DNA of 63,183 bases, filler included, from Perkinsus olseni (Eukaryota), in NCBI GenBank assembly GCA_013115125.1. It is 41 parts of 41 records of this genome, joined end to end, with 100 filler letters (N's around TTAATTAATTAA, not from the genome) between each part and the next. Parts side by side here need not be neighbours in the genome. Positions count along the whole stretch, not along the records: positions 60,293 to 61,688 come from JABANN010001913.1; positions 61,789 to 63,183 come from JABANN010001914.1; 39 more parts are not named here. One strand, given 5' to 3'. The notes beneath the pieces are model-generated. The model had not been told where the DNA came from and ran no database searches. It saw only the letters and a program-made list of their open reading frames with translations. A program made the translations under genes and the position numbers. The stretch's first letter is position 1. Each line of letters starts with the position of its first letter. Shown piece by piece: positions 60,375 to 63,183 of this stretch.

Positions 60375-61688
60375 CTACTGGATGCCGAAGATGGGCTTCA
60401 TCCTCATAATCAGCTGCCAGTCCTCCTTCCTCATGTCCTCTCTGAAGTTCTCTTTCAGGCAATCGATGGTCCTGCGACTAATCCTTGACATCAGTGCGTT
60501 GGCTGAGTCGAAGTGGCGGCCGTAAGTGACGTGGGCTTGGGCTGAGGTCGGCTGAATTTTGATGGCAACGCTGTCGCCCTTGATAGCCTTCTCGACTGGG
60601 CGATGGTCCTTCTCTATACTCGCTACTCGGCCGATCTCAAGGAACTCCTTGTCGGGCACACAGAGAGGAGTGTTGAGCCGTAGTGTACCCTCAGAGACAT
60701 CCACACCCACAACGATAGGGTCCTTCTTGTTGAAGACATACTGGGGGATGATATTGAGGACCTGAGTGCTCGGCATGATTTGGGCGGAAGTTGGTATGCA
60801 CGCGACTTACCACTGGGAAAACAGCGTCCTCCTGAACCTGCTGTCGCTTCTCCTCTTTAATCTGCTGCATGTACGCCGTGAATTGGTCAAAGAGATGATA
60901 GATGATCTCGGCCGTCATAATTTTGACTCCGAGTTTCTCTGCCTCATCCCTGGCCTCCGGTGAGACCTTCACGTCGAATGCCAAAATGACGGCGTATTCC
61001 TTCCTCTTCTCAAGCATAATAGAGGCCTTCCGGACGTCCATGAGATGGACCTCGCCGATACCAACTTGATTCACCGGAATATCGCTGGTCTTGAGGAAGT
61101 CCAAAAGGGCCTCGAGCGAACCCAAAGTCGAAGCCTTCACGTACACTCCCTCAGGGGCCCTCTTGAACTCATTCACGACGGCCTTGTAGTCGGCCATAGC
61201 CCTTCGCTTCACCTCCTCCGGGTCATCGCCAGGCCGCATCACGATCAGCTGCGTACCAGCTACCGCCTCCTCCAGGCCAGGAGCGCAGATCTTCACACCC
61301 ATCGAACCTGAGCCCATCACAAACATCATTTCACCGCCGACTGTAGCCAGCCCGACTCACCATTGATGACCTTGTGATGGACATACTCAGACTTTACGCG
61401 AATCTCCTTGGCTGGCGGTGGCGTGAGCAGAGCCCTGATGGTGGTTATCACTGGCCCGCCCAGCGTACATACACAGATCTGGTCGGTGTCCTTGATTTGC
61501 CCATTCACCAATATAACATCGATAGTGGTACCCAAGCCCTCGATATTCTTGACCTCCAGGACGGTGCACTGGAAGAGGTCCGGCTGCTTGGTTATGTTCT
61601 TAGCCATCAGCGTCTGGGTAAGCTTCACGATGAGATAGAGGAGATCGGGCACACCCTCGCCGGTGACAGCAGAGGTGGGCACGATGCT
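60375..61688 (-). CDS. eIF5B: Translation initiation factor eIF5B, C-terminal half
   Basis: PTSAVTGEGVPDLL, CTVLEVK..GLGTTIDVILVNG, ASTLGSLEALL, IIYHLFDQF, SRISRRTIDCLK. Introns about 61308-61360 and 60762-60810. Confidence 0.97.
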
Positions 61689-61788
61689 NNNNNNNNNNNN
61701 NNNNNNNNNNNNNNNNNNNNNNNNNNNNNNNNTTAATTAATTAANNNNNNNNNNNNNNNNNNNNNNNNNNNNNNNNNNNNNNNNNNNN

Positions 61789-63109
61789 CAGAATATTGCC
61801 AATTCCACCGTGTTATCTGCTCCAATAGGTCACTCCGAATCTGGCTTCTTTTATTGAGGTCGTTGATATCAAAGTGTACCCTTTCCACCATTTCCTCCGT
61901 CAGCAAGCGGAGACTTGCAGAACTATGTGGTTCATAAAGCTGTGCTCCATGAGCCACCAATAAGTGTACAGTCAGGCTTGGGTTGAAGCCGCCATCCTGA
62001 TAGGCTGCTCGAAACTCTTCGATCGCGTTCTTAACGTCGTCCAGCGCGTTTGGCCTCATGAGATGAAATCGAACAGTCTCAATAGCGTCAATCACCCTAT
62101 AAGCCTCAGCACCTTTAGGAAGTCCTTCAAGTTCGGCCTTAACATCCGCCACCTTCGACAAGATGACCTTACAATCCTTACCAGTGAATCCCATAGTGTT
62201 TGTCCTCTCCAAAGTACTGCCGGAAATAGGCTTGGTAGGAGTGATATTCAGCTTATTCTTCAAAAGCGCTTCTAAGGCTTCACGCGAAGCTCCACAGCGA
62301 ACCATGTGGTCAAATACATTCCGGCATAGACCCATCAAGATATGAAGCCACGGAAGGAGGACAGTGTTCGGTTCAACCAGAGGTACGAACTTTTGGCCGT
62401 TGATATGGCAAGGAGGGCGTTTGAGACGTTGGACCTTGGAGGAGTACTCGTGAGCCCACTTTGTAGCGTGAACCCAACGATCCTCTGCAGCCTCCAGGTC
62501 ATAAACATGACGGCCTTGCTTGCGCTTCTCAACAACTCCACAAGCCCAGCAGGCAGTAGATGAGGTTCCAATTAGTAGTTGAAGCTGTTTGTTATCTCCG
62601 CTAAACCACAATCGGAATCTTCCAGCAAGGCACTGGATATCCCTCATTACTTCTTCTGTAATTGCTCTGCTGTCTTTCTCACTGTGTAGACCGATGAGGC
62701 ATCCATGACCACCCGAGAGGTTGTAAGGTCTCACGACTACCTTAAGAGAGCCTCCGCCATAATCTAACCCAACAACCAAGCCCAAGGGATCTTCGTCGCT
62801 GCTGCAACTGCGCGACAGACCAAAAAAATCACATACGAAGTCGACTACGTTCTCCGCCACCACGTAACTATCCCGCACAATAAATTGACTTTTGTACTCC
62901 TTGATGGACGACTGAATGGCTCTGCGTGACGGAAGTATTCTGTCGCGGCAATCACGGTTCACCTCAGTCGCCAAGCATTGCAGCTTCTTCTGTGAGAGCC
63001 GGAGATCGGAAGCATAGCTCTTAGCACGACTGATCTTACTACCTCCCGCCCTGGAGCTTGGTTCTGGCACGGAGCAACTTGCCTGGGAGCTCTTGAGAAG
63101 ATGTAGCAC
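61789..63109 (-). mobile_element. Catalytic core of a Chapaev/Transib/RAG1-like DDE transposase
   Basis: VGLDYGGGSLKV (D1), SGDNK..L.G..S..CWAC (D2 plus Zn), PWLHILMG, GFTGKDC, TVHLLVAH, LLTEEMVERVH (E). Confidence 0.8.
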
Positions 63110-63183
63110 ACCTGCCTGCTCCGCAACTCTCTCGAAGTAACGAGCCTTATCGTGCTGGTTGAGGAAGCGGAAGGACCGGAAGT

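Overview
This is not contiguous DNA. It is 41 short contigs of about 1.4-1.5 kb, in decreasing size order, joined by an artificial 100-nt spacer (N44-TTAATTAATTAA-N44), so adjacency across spacers means nothing. The source is a eukaryote, very probably Perkinsus (Perkinsozoa, Alveolata). The evidence is two exact copies of the Perkinsus-type 22-nt spliced leader ACCGTAGCCATCTTGGCTCAAG, EFL rather than canonical EF-1alpha, and short GT-AG introns. Host content: an 8-copy tRNA-Val array, tandem EFL genes, eIF5B, an ABCB transporter, an amidase, an alpha/beta hydrolase, a CS-domain protein, secreted lineage-specific proteins and a probable SL RNA gene. Mobile DNA is abundant: Ty3/gypsy-like, tyrosine-recombinase and non-LTR retroelements, hAT, and Chapaev/Transib/RAG1-like transposases. 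Best leads: (1) a complete HDV-like ribozyme fold just behind the tRNA-Val array; (2) two unrelated truncated ORF fragments bracketed by the same left and right repeats, with Helitron-like ends; (3) a perfect spliced leader inside a predicted LTR; (4) dispersed chained palindromes with a single, mostly C/G, central base; (5) isolated tRNA 3' halves, one making up most of an intron. All protein assignments are by-eye motif recognition, not database searches.
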